DNA of 63,245 bases, filler included, from Candidatus Zapsychrus exili (GCA_030765585.1; 8 parts of 8 records of this genome joined end to end with filler, not necessarily neighbours in it); one strand, 5' to 3'; shown: positions 29,433 through 42,350, numbered from the whole stretch's first letter. Made by a program: numbers and translations. Notes: generated from the letters alone by a model not told the origin.

Positions 29433-30626
29433 TTGAAAAAAGGAATAATAAAAAAAGACGTTATTATAATTGGCGCTGGCGCATCGGGGCTCATGTGTGC
29501 AATTGAAGCTGGTAAACGTAAAGAAAATGTTCTTGTTATCGATCATCAGAAAAAGGCAGGACAGAAGATTTTAGCTTCTGGAGGTGGAAGATGCAATTTT
29601 ACAAATAAGTATTTAAGTGCTGATAACTATGCTTCCCGCAACAATCATTTTTGCAAGTCAGCAATAAATCAATATACTCAATACGATTTTATCGAATTTT
29701 TAAAAAGTAAAAAGATTTCTTTTAGCGAAAAAAATCATGGTCAACTTTTTTGTAATACAGGATCAGAAGATATTCTTAAAGCCCTTATATCTGAGTGCGA
29801 AAAGGTAGGAGTTAATTTTCAATTAGGATCTAGTATTAAAAAGGTTAGATGCCTAGGGGAGAAGCATTTCGCAGTAGAGAGCGAGCAGGGTGTTTTTCAT
29901 TGCGCTTCTTTGGTTATTGCAACTGGAGCTTTGAGTATGCCAAAAATTGGAGCAACCTCATTTGGATATAAAATCGCTGAACAATTTGGTATTAATGTTA
30001 TCACACCTCGCGCTGGACTAGTCCCTTTAGTATTTACAAAACCGGACAGAGAAAGGTTTTCTGCTTTATCTGGCATTTCAGCTTATGCAGAGGTAAGTGT
30101 AGATAGTAAAAGTTTTCTGGAGAATATTTTATTTACACATCGCGGATTAAGTGGACCAGCTATTTTGCAACTGTCATCGTATTGGGAGATAGGAAAAACA
30201 ATTACAATAAATTTACTACCAGATATTGATCTTTTTGACATACTAAAGAAAGAGCAATTAAAAAGATCCAAACGTAAGCTAAAGACAGTGTTGTGTGAAT
30301 TTTTACCAAAGCGTCTTATTAGTGTTTTTATTTTGGATAAAAGAGTCGAGAGTCCGTTATGTGAGCGTTCTGATAAGTTTCTTAATGAAGTTGTGCGTTC
30401 TTTAAAAAGGTGGGTTGTAAAGCCTCATGGTACAGAAGGGTATAGAACTGCTGAGATAACATTGGGTGGTGTTGATTGCAATGTAATATCATCAAAGACT
30501 TTTGAATCGAAGAATGTTAAGGGGCTTTATTTTATAGGGGAAGTTCTTGATGTCGCGGGGCAATTAGGTGGATTTAATTTACAATGGGCATGGTCTTCTG
30601 GATGGTGCGCAGGTCAGTATATTTAG
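29433..30626 (+). CDS. HI0933/YhiN family flavoprotein
   Basis: IIIGAGASG, KILASGGGRCNFTN, LFTHRGLSGPAILQLS, GGFNLQWAWSSG. Confidence 0.93.
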   Translation: MKKGIIKKDVIIIGAGASGLMCAIEAGKRKENVLVIDHQKKAGQKILASGGGRCNFTNKYLSADNYASRNNHFCKSAINQYTQYDFIEFLKSKKISFSEKNHGQLFCNTGSEDILKALISECEKVGVNFQLGSSIKKVRCLGEKHFAVESEQGVFHCASLVIATGALSMPKIGATSFGYKIAEQFGINVITPRAGLVPLVFTKPDRERFSALSGISAYAEVSVDSKSFLENILFTHRGLSGPAILQLSSYWEIGKTITINLLPDIDLFDILKKEQLKRSKRKLKTVLCEFLPKRLISVFILDKRVESPLCERSDKFLNEVVRSLKRWVVKPHGTEGYRTAEITLGGVDCNVISSKTFESKNVKGLYFIGEVLDVAGQLGGFNLQWAWSSGWCAGQYI

Positions 30627-30727
30627 TTTATAAGTATAAATTTAATATGTAAAAATATACTTTCAAGGTGGTTCTTTTTATCTGTAATGATAAGATAAAT
30701 AAAAGCAAATCATAAAGAGAGAGAGAA

Positions 30728-31927
30728 ATGAAAAGAATTAAAATTGCAATGTTGGCTTTAATGTTGATTTTAGTATCGTCTGGATTAGTATTTGCAGAAC
30801 AAGCTGCTACGATTGAAGATGCTTTTAGGGATGGAAATTTAAGTGGAACAATTGGTTCGTATTTTGAATATACTAATATGGATGCAGATGACTCAGATTT
30901 TGGTTGGGCAACAGGTTATTTGACTATGAAGTATGAGACCCTAGAGTGGAATAGGTTAAAAGCAGGAGCTCGTTTATTTGTTCATGGAGAGCTTTTTAGC
31001 GATCATGATAATAGCACAACAGATCCGTTTACAGTAGATGTTGAGAAAAAAGTAACTTTACCAGAGCTTTATTTAAATTATGGGGTTTTTGATGATTCAA
31101 GCATAGTTGTCGGAAGATGGGCTCATGGAAAGAATACTCATATAGATGATGCCCAGAGCCAAGGAGCTTATGTTAATTTTAAAGAAATAGATTATGTTGA
31201 GATTACAGCAGGAATTACCAAAAGTTTTGCTGAAATTGATTATGATGATGGAGAGGATTTTGGAAGAACTAATGATTCTCAAGACTTTGGAAACGAAGGT
31301 ACATATGGTTCAGGCTCTAGCTCAAATCTTATGTTTTTAGAGGCCAAATATAGCTTGTTAGATATTTTAAGTTTAAATCCATATGTTATGCATCAAGATG
31401 GCTATGCAGGCGTTGCTGGTATGGATGCCAAGATTGAAACAGAGTACGAAGATCTTGATTTAACCTATGGTGCAAAGGTGAGCTATTATCATGTTGATGC
31501 AAAAGCAATTGGAATTGATAATTCTGATAGCTATGCTATTTTTCCATATGCTAAAAAAGGTCCTTTAGAAGTTACTTTGGGTTATGCTAGTTTTGATGAT
31601 GGAGATGCTTTAAATAAGCCTGCTTGGTTAAGAGATTATCTTACTATACTTGATCAGCAAAAAGAGTATGGAAGAGCAGGAAGCAGGAAGAAATTTGCTA
31701 AAGTGAAATTGTCTTTAGATAAATTCTGGACACATATTGCTGTAGGAGATAATAGTTATGATTATGTAGCAGCTGTCGGAGATCGTTCAGTAGAATATGA
31801 ATTACAGTTTGGATATCAATTTACGAAGAGTCTAGATTTAAATATTCGTTTGTTTGATGTTAAATATGATGATGTAGATAATAAAGATTATCAAAAAGTA
31901 GAAACTAGAATGCGTTTTAAATTTTAA
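30728..31927 (+). CDS. Outer-membrane beta-barrel porin (OprD-like)
   Basis: Signal peptide, alternating beta-strand pattern, C-terminal RFKF aromatic signature. Confidence 0.7.
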   Translation: MKRIKIAMLALMLILVSSGLVFAEQAATIEDAFRDGNLSGTIGSYFEYTNMDADDSDFGWATGYLTMKYETLEWNRLKAGARLFVHGELFSDHDNSTTDPFTVDVEKKVTLPELYLNYGVFDDSSIVVGRWAHGKNTHIDDAQSQGAYVNFKEIDYVEITAGITKSFAEIDYDDGEDFGRTNDSQDFGNEGTYGSGSSSNLMFLEAKYSLLDILSLNPYVMHQDGYAGVAGMDAKIETEYEDLDLTYGAKVSYYHVDAKAIGIDNSDSYAIFPYAKKGPLEVTLGYASFDDGDALNKPAWLRDYLTILDQQKEYGRAGSRKKFAKVKLSLDKFWTHIAVGDNSYDYVAAVGDRSVEYELQFGYQFTKSLDLNIRLFDVKYDDVDNKDYQKVETRMRFKF

Positions 31928-31941
31928 TTAACAAGTAAAAC

Positions 31942-31981
31942 AAAAAAGGCTACGAGATATATATATCTCGTAGCCTTTTTT
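31942..31981 (+). terminator. Intrinsic terminator
   Basis: AAAAAAGGCTACGAGAT..ATCTCGTAGCCTTTTTT. Confidence 0.8.
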
Positions 31982-32025
31982 ACATAGGGTCAGACCCTCT
32001 AAGATTAGAGGGTCTGACCCTATGT
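31982..32025. repeat. Perfect 21-bp inverted repeat of the GGGTCAGACCC family
   Basis: ACATAGGGTCAGACCCTCTAA-GA-TTAGAGGGTCTGACCCTATGT; a single copy of the motif lies at about 36215-36230. Confidence 0.8.
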
Positions 32026-32127
32026 CTATTTGCTTGACAAAATAAAGACAGTTGTTAATATAATTATACATTTGATCATTCAGTTATCCCCCAGATAATT
32101 TTCTTAAATTAGAAGAGGGATTTTTTT

Positions 32128-32655
32128 ATGAGTATTTATTCTAAGTCGAACAGGCAATCAATACGTTTAAAACATTATGATTATAGTGCAGAGGGATGTT
32201 ATTTTATAACGATATGTACAAAAAATGGAAAGAATATGTTTGGTAAAATCGTAGGGGCGGGGCTTGCCTCCGCCCAAAATAATATAAAATTGTCGATTAT
32301 TGGTAAAATCGTAAATGAGCAATGGAATAATATAATAAATTATCAAAAGAACATTGAATTGGATCAACATATTATAATGCCAAATCATATTCACGGGATA
32401 ATAATTATTAACAAACGGGCGGAGGCAAGCCCCGCCCCTACATTATCAAAAATGATTTGTTCATTTAAATCAAAATGTACGAATGAATATATGTTCCATA
32501 TTAAACAAAACAATTTAAATGTTTCATGTAAATTGTGGCAGCGATCATTTTATGATCACATAATTCGCAATGAAGAATCCTTACACAAAATAAGAGAATA
32601 TATTATAAACAATCCTGTAAATTGGGATAAAGATGAATATAGTAATCAATTGTAG
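32128..32655 (+). mobile_element. REP-associated tyrosine transposase (RAYT, Y1/HUH)
   Basis: RQSIRLKHYDY, YFITICT, MPNHIHGII (HUH), WQRSFYDHIIR, YIINNP (catalytic Tyr). Confidence 0.92.
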
Positions 32656-32681
32656 ATAAAGGTCAATGGAGGGATTTATTG

Positions 32682-33863
32682 TTAATGTAGTTTTTTATAA
32701 AGCTTCAGCGTTTCTTTAGCCACACGCTCCCAGGTAAAATATTTAAGCACACGTTTTCGTCCTGCTGTACCCATCTTTTTTCTTAGCTTTTCGTCTTTCA
32801 TCAATTTGTTTATATTCCTTGCAAGGTCTTTAGAAAATTTGATTGGATCTTTAGGTTCAGATAAAGAAGATGACTTCATTGGCACATCAACAAGTATTCC
32901 TGTTTTGCCATGTTCAACAACTTCTTTTATTCCGCCAACTTTTGATGCCACAACAGGAGTTTCACACGCCATTGCTTCAAGATTGATTATTCCAAATGGC
33001 TCATAAACAGAAGGACAGCAGAAGATAGAGGCAGCAGAGTATAAAGAAATTTTAACGTCATCTTTGACTGCTTTTTCTATCCACACAATGTTAGGATTAT
33101 TTCTTTTCGCTTTCTTTATGTGCGAATTCATCTCAGCTGCTATTTCTTTTGTATCAGGCGCCGATGCACAAAGCACTACTTGAAAGTCAGGATCCATAAA
33201 GTTTATTGCATCAACTAAATGTATAATTCCTTTTTGCCTGGTAATTCTTCCTACAAAAAGTACAAAAGGCTTCTTAGGGTTTATCCCTAAGCTTTTTAAA
33301 TGTTTCTCGTTGTAGGAAGGTTTATATGTATCAGGGTCTATGCCATTAGGTATTACGTGAAGTCTATTTTTAGATACCTTAAAGAACTTATTAACATTCT
33401 TTTTTGTATCTTCAGATACTGCAATAACAGCATCAGCCATCTCTATTGCTGTTTTCTCGATCAAAGAGCTTAGTTCATATCCATCTGCTCCAAGCTGTTC
33501 TTTTTTCCATGGTCTTAATGGCTCAAGAGAGTGTATCGTAACAACTAGCGGTATTGATTGGTTTAGTTTGGTTAATATGCCTCCCCAATGTGTATACCAA
33601 GTATGAACATGGACCACGTTGGAATCTATTTTATTTGCATTAAAATTAACGCAGCGTTCAACAGCATCAGCCGTTCGATTGCTATGTTTCGTTTTCTTAT
33701 ATCCGCGAACCTTAAGGTTTTTCTTATCTATCTTTTGATTCCCAAAACAACGTATTTCAACCTGACACAGCTTGGCTAGCTCTTCGCTTAGGTTTTCAAC
33801 ATGAACCCCAGCTCCGCCATATATATTTGGTGGATATTCGTTAGTCAGTATCAATGTTTTCAT
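32682..33863 (-). CDS. glgA: GT4 glycogen synthase / alpha-maltose-1-phosphate synthase (actinobacterial GlgA/GlgM type)
   Basis: EYPPNIYGGAGVHV, HTWY, HSLEPLRPWKKEQLG, EPFGIINLEAMAC. Confidence 0.88.
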   Translation of the reverse strand: MKTLILTNEYPPNIYGGAGVHVENLSEELAKLCQVEIRCFGNQKIDKKNLKVRGYKKTKHSNRTADAVERCVNFNANKIDSNVVHVHTWYTHWGGILTKLNQSIPLVVTIHSLEPLRPWKKEQLGADGYELSSLIEKTAIEMADAVIAVSEDTKKNVNKFFKVSKNRLHVIPNGIDPDTYKPSYNEKHLKSLGINPKKPFVLFVGRITRQKGIIHLVDAINFMDPDFQVVLCASAPDTKEIAAEMNSHIKKAKRNNPNIVWIEKAVKDDVKISLYSAASIFCCPSVYEPFGIINLEAMACETPVVASKVGGIKEVVEHGKTGILVDVPMKSSSLSEPKDPIKFSKDLARNINKLMKDEKLRKKMGTAGRKRVLKYFTWERVAKETLKLYKKLH

Positions 33864-34075
33864 GATTAGTATGTATTATAAAAGAAAAAGCAGAATAAAC
33901 AAGCTGTAAAGTTTTTAAATGAGCCAGAAGTATTTTATTGATTGCGCCTTATTTTCTTTTGTTCTTTACAAAAGCGCCACGGTTGTGTATGCTTATGCCC
34001 TTAAGAATTTTAATATTTAGATAAAAAGAATATTAGAAGTAATATAATAATTAATAAGGGTTTAGGTGCAATTTT

Positions 34076-35692
34076 ATGATTTCAGCAATAGACGTATCAT
34101 TACAGTATGGCCAACAAAAACTTTTTAATAAAGTAAATATAGTCTTTACTCCAGGAAATTGTTATGGATTAATAGGCGCAAACGGATCAGGCAAATCTAC
34201 ATTTCTAAAGATTCTTTCGAGCGAAATTGACTCTACTACAGGGGATGTCGCTATTTCTCCAGGAAAACGTATTTCTATGTTAAAGCAGGATCAATTTGCC
34301 TTTGATCAATATACTGCCATCAATACAGTGCTTATAGGGCACAAAAGGCTTTACGATATTATCACAGAGAAAGACGAGCTCTATGTTAAAGAAGATTTTT
34401 CTGATAAAGACGGGATGCATCTTTCTGAACTTGAGGCTGAATTTGCTGAATTAGATGGATGGAACGCTGAATCTGACGCAGGAAAATTGTTGAGCGATCT
34501 TGGATTAGCTCAAGAGTTTCATGATGTAGAAATGAGTCAGCTTGAGGCTGGTTCAAAAGTCAGGGTTCTCTTGGCTCAGGCATTGTTTGGCAATCCAGAT
34601 ATTTTGCTCCTAGATGAGCCTACTAACCATTTGGACGTTGAAACTTGTATGTGGCTTGAAGAATTTTTATGTAACTTTGAGAATACAGCTATTGTTGTTT
34701 CGCATGATCGCCATTTTCTAGATAAGGTCTGCACGCATATTGCAGATATTGATTTTGGTAAAATTCAGTTGTATATGGGTAATTATGGTTTTTGGTCAGA
34801 ATCAAGTCAGTTAGCATCAAAGCAGCGCAATGAAACGAATAAAAAAATTGCTGATAAGCGAAAAGAGTTACAAGAATTTATTGAGCGTTTTAGCGCTAAT
34901 GCTTCAAAATCTAAACAAGCAACTAGTCGAAAGAAAATACTGGAGAAGCTTACACTTGAAGATGTAAAGATATCTTCAAGAAAATTTCCTTATGTTAATT
35001 TTGAACAAGAGCGTGAAGCTGGAAATGATATTTTGTTTGTAGAGCACTTATCAAAGTCTAAGGATGGCGAGGTTGTTTTTAAAGATCTGACGATTACAGT
35101 TGAAAAGGGAGACAAAATTGCCTTTGTTGGCCCTAACGATCTTCTAAAGACATCCTTTTTTGATATATTAGCTGGTAAAGATAAGCATGACTCTGGCAGT
35201 TTCAAATGGGGCATATCAGTTAACAAGTCGTATTATCCAAAAGATAATAGTGAATATTTTGATGTTGATTTAAGTATCATTAATTGGTTACAACAGTTTA
35301 CGAAAAATACTGATGAGAACTTTGTACGTGGGTTTTTAGGTCGTATGCTTTTTTCTGGCGAAGAATCATTTAAGCCAGTAAATGTTTTGTCCGGTGGTGA
35401 GAAAGTAAGATGCATGTTATCTCGTATGATGCTTCAGAATCCAAATGTTATAATTCTAGATGAGCCTACTAATCATTTGGATTTAGAATCAATTACAGCT
35501 TTAAATAGAGGGCTAGAAAGATATAAAGGTGCGATACTTTTCTCTTCTCATGACCATGAGCTAGTACAAACTGTTGCGAATCGCATTATTGAAATTACTC
35601 CAAAAGGATATATTGATCGTGCAGATACAACATATGATGAATATTTATCCGATGAAAATATTAGACAACAACGTAAGCAGTTGTATAATTAG
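34076..35692 (+). CDS. ABC-F ATPase (YbiT/YkpA-like)
   Basis: Two ABC cassettes with LLDEPTNHLD; FSANASKSKQATSRKK linker; no TMs. Confidence 0.92.
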   Translation: MISAIDVSLQYGQQKLFNKVNIVFTPGNCYGLIGANGSGKSTFLKILSSEIDSTTGDVAISPGKRISMLKQDQFAFDQYTAINTVLIGHKRLYDIITEKDELYVKEDFSDKDGMHLSELEAEFAELDGWNAESDAGKLLSDLGLAQEFHDVEMSQLEAGSKVRVLLAQALFGNPDILLLDEPTNHLDVETCMWLEEFLCNFENTAIVVSHDRHFLDKVCTHIADIDFGKIQLYMGNYGFWSESSQLASKQRNETNKKIADKRKELQEFIERFSANASKSKQATSRKKILEKLTLEDVKISSRKFPYVNFEQEREAGNDILFVEHLSKSKDGEVVFKDLTITVEKGDKIAFVGPNDLLKTSFFDILAGKDKHDSGSFKWGISVNKSYYPKDNSEYFDVDLSIINWLQQFTKNTDENFVRGFLGRMLFSGEESFKPVNVLSGGEKVRCMLSRMMLQNPNVIILDEPTNHLDLESITALNRGLERYKGAILFSSHDHELVQTVANRIIEITPKGYIDRADTTYDEYLSDENIRQQRKQLYN

Positions 35693-35723
35693 AAATATAT
35701 TTAATTCTTAAATTTTAGATTTT

Positions 35724-36224
35724 ATGAAGATTATTGCTGTAAATAATATAGATTTGATCAATATAGTAGAATCTCTTGCAAATGAAATTTGGCGCAACCA
35801 TTATATTCCTATGATAGGAGAGCCACAGGTAGATTATATGCTTGCTAAATTTCAATCAAGCGTTGCCATAGAGAGTCAAATTAGAAATGGATACGATTAT
35901 TATTTGTTGGATCAGAACAAAGAGTATATAGGATATTTTGCTCTGGTTCAAAAATGTGAAAATCTTTTTCTGAGCAAGTTGTATGTGCGTATTGATAAAA
36001 GAGGCTTAGGTTATGGTAGGAAGGCAATAGAGTTTATAGCAGAAGAAGCACGACAAAGAGATTTAAAAGCAATAGATTTAGTAGTTAACAAAAAGAATGA
36101 GAACACAATAGAGGCATATAAGAAATTTGGATTTTCTATAACAGGTGAGATTATTTGTGATGTTGGCGAAGGCTTTGTTATGGATGATTATAAAATGAAA
36201 AAAGAAATTGTTAACGGGGTCTGA
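35724..36224 (+). CDS. GNAT acetyltransferase
   Basis: LSKLYV..RGLGYG, VNKKN..AYKKFGF. Confidence 0.88.
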   Translation: MKIIAVNNIDLINIVESLANEIWRNHYIPMIGEPQVDYMLAKFQSSVAIESQIRNGYDYYLLDQNKEYIGYFALVQKCENLFLSKLYVRIDKRGLGYGRKAIEFIAEEARQRDLKAIDLVVNKKNENTIEAYKKFGFSITGEIICDVGEGFVMDDYKMKKEIVNGV

Positions 36225-36251
36225 CCCTATTAAGTAAAAAGGTTATAATAG

Positions 36252-37352
36252 ATGAAAAAGAAAATAGCAGTATTAGAAGGCGATGGTATAGGTCCTGAAA
36301 TAGTAAGAGAAGGCCTTAAAGTTTTAAAAGCGGTAGAGGAAAAATATGGCCACGAGTTTACTATAGAATTTGCACCTTTTGGCGCAGGCGCATATTTTTC
36401 AGAAGGAGATCCGTTTCCACAAAAAACAAAAGATATTTGCGATCAAGCAGATGCAATAATCAAGGGGCCTGTTGGTTTAGCAGTCGATAAGATGAGTGAG
36501 ATACCGCAGGACAAACGTCCAGAGGTAGGTGCTATACTTCCATTGCGCAAAAGATATAATACGTTCTTGAATTATCGTCCGATAAGATTGCCAAGCGCTC
36601 TTGCTTCCTTTTCGCCATTAAAGAAAGAAATTATTGGTGATGGCATAAATATTATGATGATAAGAGAGCTCGTTGGGGGTAGTTATTTTGGAGAGAAAAT
36701 AGAAGGAAATGCAACGAATATGTCTTATGCTCAAGATGAATATAAATATTTTGATGAACAAGTTAGACGAATTGCTAAGGCTGCTTTTGATGAGGCAAGG
36801 CGAGAGAAAGTCAAACTAACTAATGTGCATAAATCAAATGTGCTTGCAACAGGACGTTTTTGGAATGAAATCGTTGAAAATGTGCGCAAAGAATATAAGG
36901 ATGTAGAATATGATTCTATACTGGTTGATAATGCGGCTTTCCAGTTAGTTATAAACCCAGGTCAGTTTAATGGCGTTATGTTGCTTGAAAATATGCAGGG
37001 AGATATATTAACAGATCAAGCAGGTGGTATTCTAGGCTCGCTTGGACTTATGCCTTCGGCTTGTATTGGAGAGACAAAAGGGTATGTTGAGCCAGCTCAT
37101 GGTTCAGCGCCAGATATTGCTGGCAAGAATTGTGCAAATCCTTATTCAATGATAGGTAGTATTGCATTTCTTTTTGATAAATGTTTTGGCCTTCAAAAGG
37201 AAGCTGATGAAATTTGGAATACTTTGTTTGAAATATTTGGTAGCGGATATCGTACAGTAGAGCTTAAAGATTCTCAAACTCCAAAAGATAAAATACTAAC
37301 AACCACTGATTTCGGAGACAAGGTTGTTGATATTATAAAAAATAAACAATAA
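36252..37352 (+). CDS. leuB: 3-isopropylmalate dehydrogenase
   Basis: GDGIGPEI, IRELVGGSYFG, GSLGLMPSA, EPAHGSAPDIAG. Confidence 0.9.
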   Translation: MKKKIAVLEGDGIGPEIVREGLKVLKAVEEKYGHEFTIEFAPFGAGAYFSEGDPFPQKTKDICDQADAIIKGPVGLAVDKMSEIPQDKRPEVGAILPLRKRYNTFLNYRPIRLPSALASFSPLKKEIIGDGINIMMIRELVGGSYFGEKIEGNATNMSYAQDEYKYFDEQVRRIAKAAFDEARREKVKLTNVHKSNVLATGRFWNEIVENVRKEYKDVEYDSILVDNAAFQLVINPGQFNGVMLLENMQGDILTDQAGGILGSLGLMPSACIGETKGYVEPAHGSAPDIAGKNCANPYSMIGSIAFLFDKCFGLQKEADEIWNTLFEIFGSGYRTVELKDSQTPKDKILTTTDFGDKVVDIIKNKQ

Positions 37353-37370
37353 GTAATCAGGGGATTAATT

Positions 37371-37946
37371 ATGAAAAAATCAATTGGAGCAAATACTATT
37401 GTTTACCCAACGCCTGTATTTATTGTCGGAACGTATGATAAAAACGGAGAGCCGAATGTTATGAACGCCGCATGGGGAGGAATTTGTTGCTCTAATCCAC
37501 CATGTGTTGCTATTGCTGTAAGGCCTTCTAGATATACATATGAAAATGTTTTAGAGAAAAAAGCCTTTACTGTAAGCATCCCTTCAGAGATACATGCAAA
37601 AGAAGCAGATTATTTTGGAATAGTATCTGGAAGAAAAGAGAATAAGCTTCAAAAAGCAGGTCTAACCGCGGTTAAAAGTGATATTGTAGATGCTCCTTAT
37701 ATAGATGAATTTCCAGTTGCGTTAGAATGTAGCTTGCTTAAGACAGTTGAGCTTGGAACTCATGCAGTTTTTATTGGGGAGATAAAAGATGTTAAAATGG
37801 AAGAGTCTGTTTTAGGCGAAAATGGAGTTCCAGATATTAATAAGATAAAGCCAATGGTATTTGATATGTCTGGTTCTAATTATTGTGGAATTGGAGAAAA
37901 GATAGCAGATGCTTTTTCTGTTGGAAAAGCGCTTATAGATAAGTAG
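37371..37946 (+). CDS. Flavin reductase-like (flavoredoxin) protein
   Basis: PTPVFIVGTYD..PNVMNAAWGG, ADYFGIVSG, LEC, THAVFIGEI. Confidence 0.9.
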   Translation: MKKSIGANTIVYPTPVFIVGTYDKNGEPNVMNAAWGGICCSNPPCVAIAVRPSRYTYENVLEKKAFTVSIPSEIHAKEADYFGIVSGRKENKLQKAGLTAVKSDIVDAPYIDEFPVALECSLLKTVELGTHAVFIGEIKDVKMEESVLGENGVPDINKIKPMVFDMSGSNYCGIGEKIADAFSVGKALIDK

Positions 37947-37957
37947 AAAGGAAATGT

Positions 37958-38545
37958 ATGATTCTCTTAGAACTAGTTGTGATTGTTTTAATTGTATTCT
38001 TTGGTAGACGTTTCTTTTGGATTTCTATCGCAACAGGAGGCTTTTGGTTAGGGTTTAAGTTGGCAACTTATTTTCTTTACGGATATACAACGTTGGAGAT
38101 ATTGGCCGTCGCTGGTATTTTTGGATTAACCTGTTCTGCATTAGCTTATTTTCTCACGCATTTTATGACAGCTTTTATTGGTTTTTGTTTAGGCGGATAT
38201 GCTTTTGCAGGTTTATTTCAAATGTTGAGATTGCCCGGAGCTTTCCAGGCGCCTTTTGTTCCATTTTTTTTAGGTGGACTAATTGTTGGAACATTTATTA
38301 TATGTTTCTTTGATTCTGCAATAATAGTGTTAACCTCATTTTTTGGAGCAAATCTTATATTTGATATAATGCCAGGTAATTATTTATTTAAAGCAGTAGT
38401 AGCTGTATTGTTGTTTTCATCTGGGGCATTCTTTCAGTTTAATCAATTTAAAAAAGGAAGAATGGGTAAGTTTATAAGCAAAGAAATAGATATGGAAAGA
38501 CTACGTCGTCTTTATAAGTACAAAAAATTCTTATTTTTCTTTTAG
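37958..38545 (+). CDS. DUF4203-like membrane protein
   Basis: FFGRRFFW..GGF, IIVLTSFFGA; multiple TMs. Confidence 0.65.
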   Translation: MILLELVVIVLIVFFGRRFFWISIATGGFWLGFKLATYFLYGYTTLEILAVAGIFGLTCSALAYFLTHFMTAFIGFCLGGYAFAGLFQMLRLPGAFQAPFVPFFLGGLIVGTFIICFFDSAIIVLTSFFGANLIFDIMPGNYLFKAVVAVLLFSSGAFFQFNQFKKGRMGKFISKEIDMERLRRLYKYKKFLFFF

Positions 38546-38742
38546 TTGTTTTATATTTTTTGTGTGCTACTCGCCAAACACTATACACATTAGTTCATGT
38601 TACAATAAATATTTTTTTATTCTATGAAAAGGGACAAGCTTTTGCTTGTCCCTTTTTTTTGTTGACAGATTGATAAAATATGTTATTATTTATTCACTAG
38701 TAAGTTGATAGTATTGGTAGTGATTATAATGATTGGTGGAAC

Positions 38743-38810
38743 GCAGGGGAGGGTCCGTGACCCTCCCAGGAATAGATGAATTTTCGGGCGGGTTTAGAAC
38801 CCGCCCCTAC
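38743..38810. repeat. GTAG-type REP doublet (REPIN)
   Basis: GCAGGGGAGGGTC..GACCCTCCC ... GGGCGGGTT..AACCCGCCCCTAC. Confidence 0.75.
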
Positions 38811-38827
38811 AAAGAGTTGGAGAAAAA

Positions 38828-40574
<1,747 letters not shown>

Positions 40575-40584
40575 AAAGTTAATC

Positions 40585-40637
40585 GTAGGGGCTGGGTTTC
40601 CCAGCCTATTTAAAGGGCGTGGAAACCACGCCCCTAC
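40585..40637. repeat. GTAG-type REPIN
   Basis: GTAGGGGCTGGGTTTCCCAGCC..GGGCGTGGAAACCACGCCCCTAC; near-identical to the reverse complement of 45503-45557. Confidence 0.85.
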
Positions 40638-40653
40638 AATGAGGTGGTAAAAA

Positions 40654-41577
40654 ATGGGCATATACAATGACATTACGCAAACAATCGGAAATACTCCGCT
40701 AGTTAAGATAAATAAATTAACTAAAGGACTAGATGCAACTGTTTTAGTTAAATTGGAATCCTTTAATCCTTTTTCGTCTGTAAAAGATAGGATAGGGCTT
40801 GCCATGATAGAGTCTGCGGAAGAAGAAGGCCTTATCAATAAAGATACAGTTATTGTTGAGCCAACAAGCGGAAACACTGGTATTGCTCTTGCATTTGTTT
40901 GCGCTCAAAGAGGATATAAATTAATTCTAACAATGCCAGATACTATGAGCATCGAAAGAAGGAAGTTATTAAAATGTTTGGGTGCTGAACTTGTTTTGAC
41001 TGAAGGATCCAAAGGGATGACGGGTGCAGTTGATAAAGCAGTAGAGGTTGCCAAAAATACAAACAATAGTTTTATTCCGCAGCAATTTTGTAATCCCGCT
41101 AATCCAGAAATTCATCGTAGAACAACAGCAGAAGAAATATGGGCAGATACAAATGGCGCAGTCGATGTATTTATATCAGGTGTTGGTACTGGCGGAACAG
41201 TTACAGGAACTGGCGAGGCATTAAAAGAGAAAAATCCTGAAGTTAAAATAATTGCGCTTGAGCCTGTTGACTCACCAGTTTTATCTGGTGGCGCTCCTGG
41301 ATCGCATAAAATTCAAGGAATTGGCGCAGGATTTGTGCCAGATGTTCTAAATAAAGATATTGTTGATGAGGTTATGGCTGTATCATCTGAGGATGCAGGT
41401 ACGACAGCAAGATTTTTAGCTAAAAGCGAAGGTATATTTGCAGGAATCTCGTCCGGAGCTGCTTTATGGGCTGCGATAGAAGTTGCAAAAAGAGAAGAAA
41501 GTAAGGGTAAAACAATAGTTGCTCTTTTGCCTGATACAGGTGAAAGGTATCTTTCTACTTGGCTTTTTGAAGAATAA
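40654..41577 (+). CDS. cysK: Cysteine synthase A
   Basis: [51 protein letters not shown]. Confidence 0.96.
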   Translation: MGIYNDITQTIGNTPLVKINKLTKGLDATVLVKLESFNPFSSVKDRIGLAMIESAEEEGLINKDTVIVEPTSGNTGIALAFVCAQRGYKLILTMPDTMSIERRKLLKCLGAELVLTEGSKGMTGAVDKAVEVAKNTNNSFIPQQFCNPANPEIHRRTTAEEIWADTNGAVDVFISGVGTGGTVTGTGEALKEKNPEVKIIALEPVDSPVLSGGAPGSHKIQGIGAGFVPDVLNKDIVDEVMAVSSEDAGTTARFLAKSEGIFAGISSGAALWAAIEVAKREESKGKTIVALLPDTGERYLSTWLFEE

Positions 41578-41714
41578 AAAATGTAGTATAAAGGTAGCGT
41601 CTTGCTTTGACGCCCAAAGGAAGGCGCTACCTTTATTTTATTTTTTTAAAGAGTTATTTATATTTTTATGTTAGATTAGTATAAATATTAATCCTGCCAA
41701 AGAATGCAAAATAC

Positions 41715-42350
41715 ATGAGAAAGTTTTTCCTAGCCTTTATTCTGATTATTTTAAGTCATAGTGCATATTCGCAAGATGTTATTGATAGTGGAATATCGAA
41801 GACTTATTATCAAACAGGCGAGCTTCAAGGTGAAATAAATTATTTAGAAGGCAAACATCACGGCGATACGAAGATCTATTATGAAAATGGAAGCTTGATG
41901 ATAGAAGGAACTTTTGTTGATGGAAAGTCTGATGGAATCACTCGAACATATTATGAAAACGGAAATGTTCAAGCAGAGATAAATCAGAAAGATGGGAAAT
42001 TTGAAGGTATTACAAATTTATTCTATGAAAATGGAGACATTCAAGAAGAGATAAGTTATAAAGATAATAAAATTGACGGAGTAGTTAAGTCGTATTATGA
42101 GGGCGGTATAAAAAAGTCAGAGATAAATTTTAAAGAAGGCATGCATGATGGAATTTCTAAGACATATAGCGGTGATGGAATTTTAACAGAAGAGATGAAT
42201 TATGTAGAAGGAAAGATAGAGGGTATTGTTAAGTTTTATGACGAATCTTCAAGGCTAGCAAAAGAAGAAGATTATGTTGATAATAAATTAATAAATGTGA
42301 GGGAATATGCAGAAGATGGTGTGTTTGTTTCAAGAGATGCTAAAAACTAA
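41715..42350 (+). CDS. Exported MORN-variant repeat (YwqK-like) protein
   Basis: Signal peptide; repeated G..K.YYENG...E.NY units. Confidence 0.88.
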   Translation: MRKFFLAFILIILSHSAYSQDVIDSGISKTYYQTGELQGEINYLEGKHHGDTKIYYENGSLMIEGTFVDGKSDGITRTYYENGNVQAEINQKDGKFEGITNLFYENGDIQEEISYKDNKIDGVVKSYYEGGIKKSEINFKEGMHDGISKTYSGDGILTEEMNYVEGKIEGIVKFYDESSRLAKEEDYVDNKLINVREYAEDGVFVSRDAKN

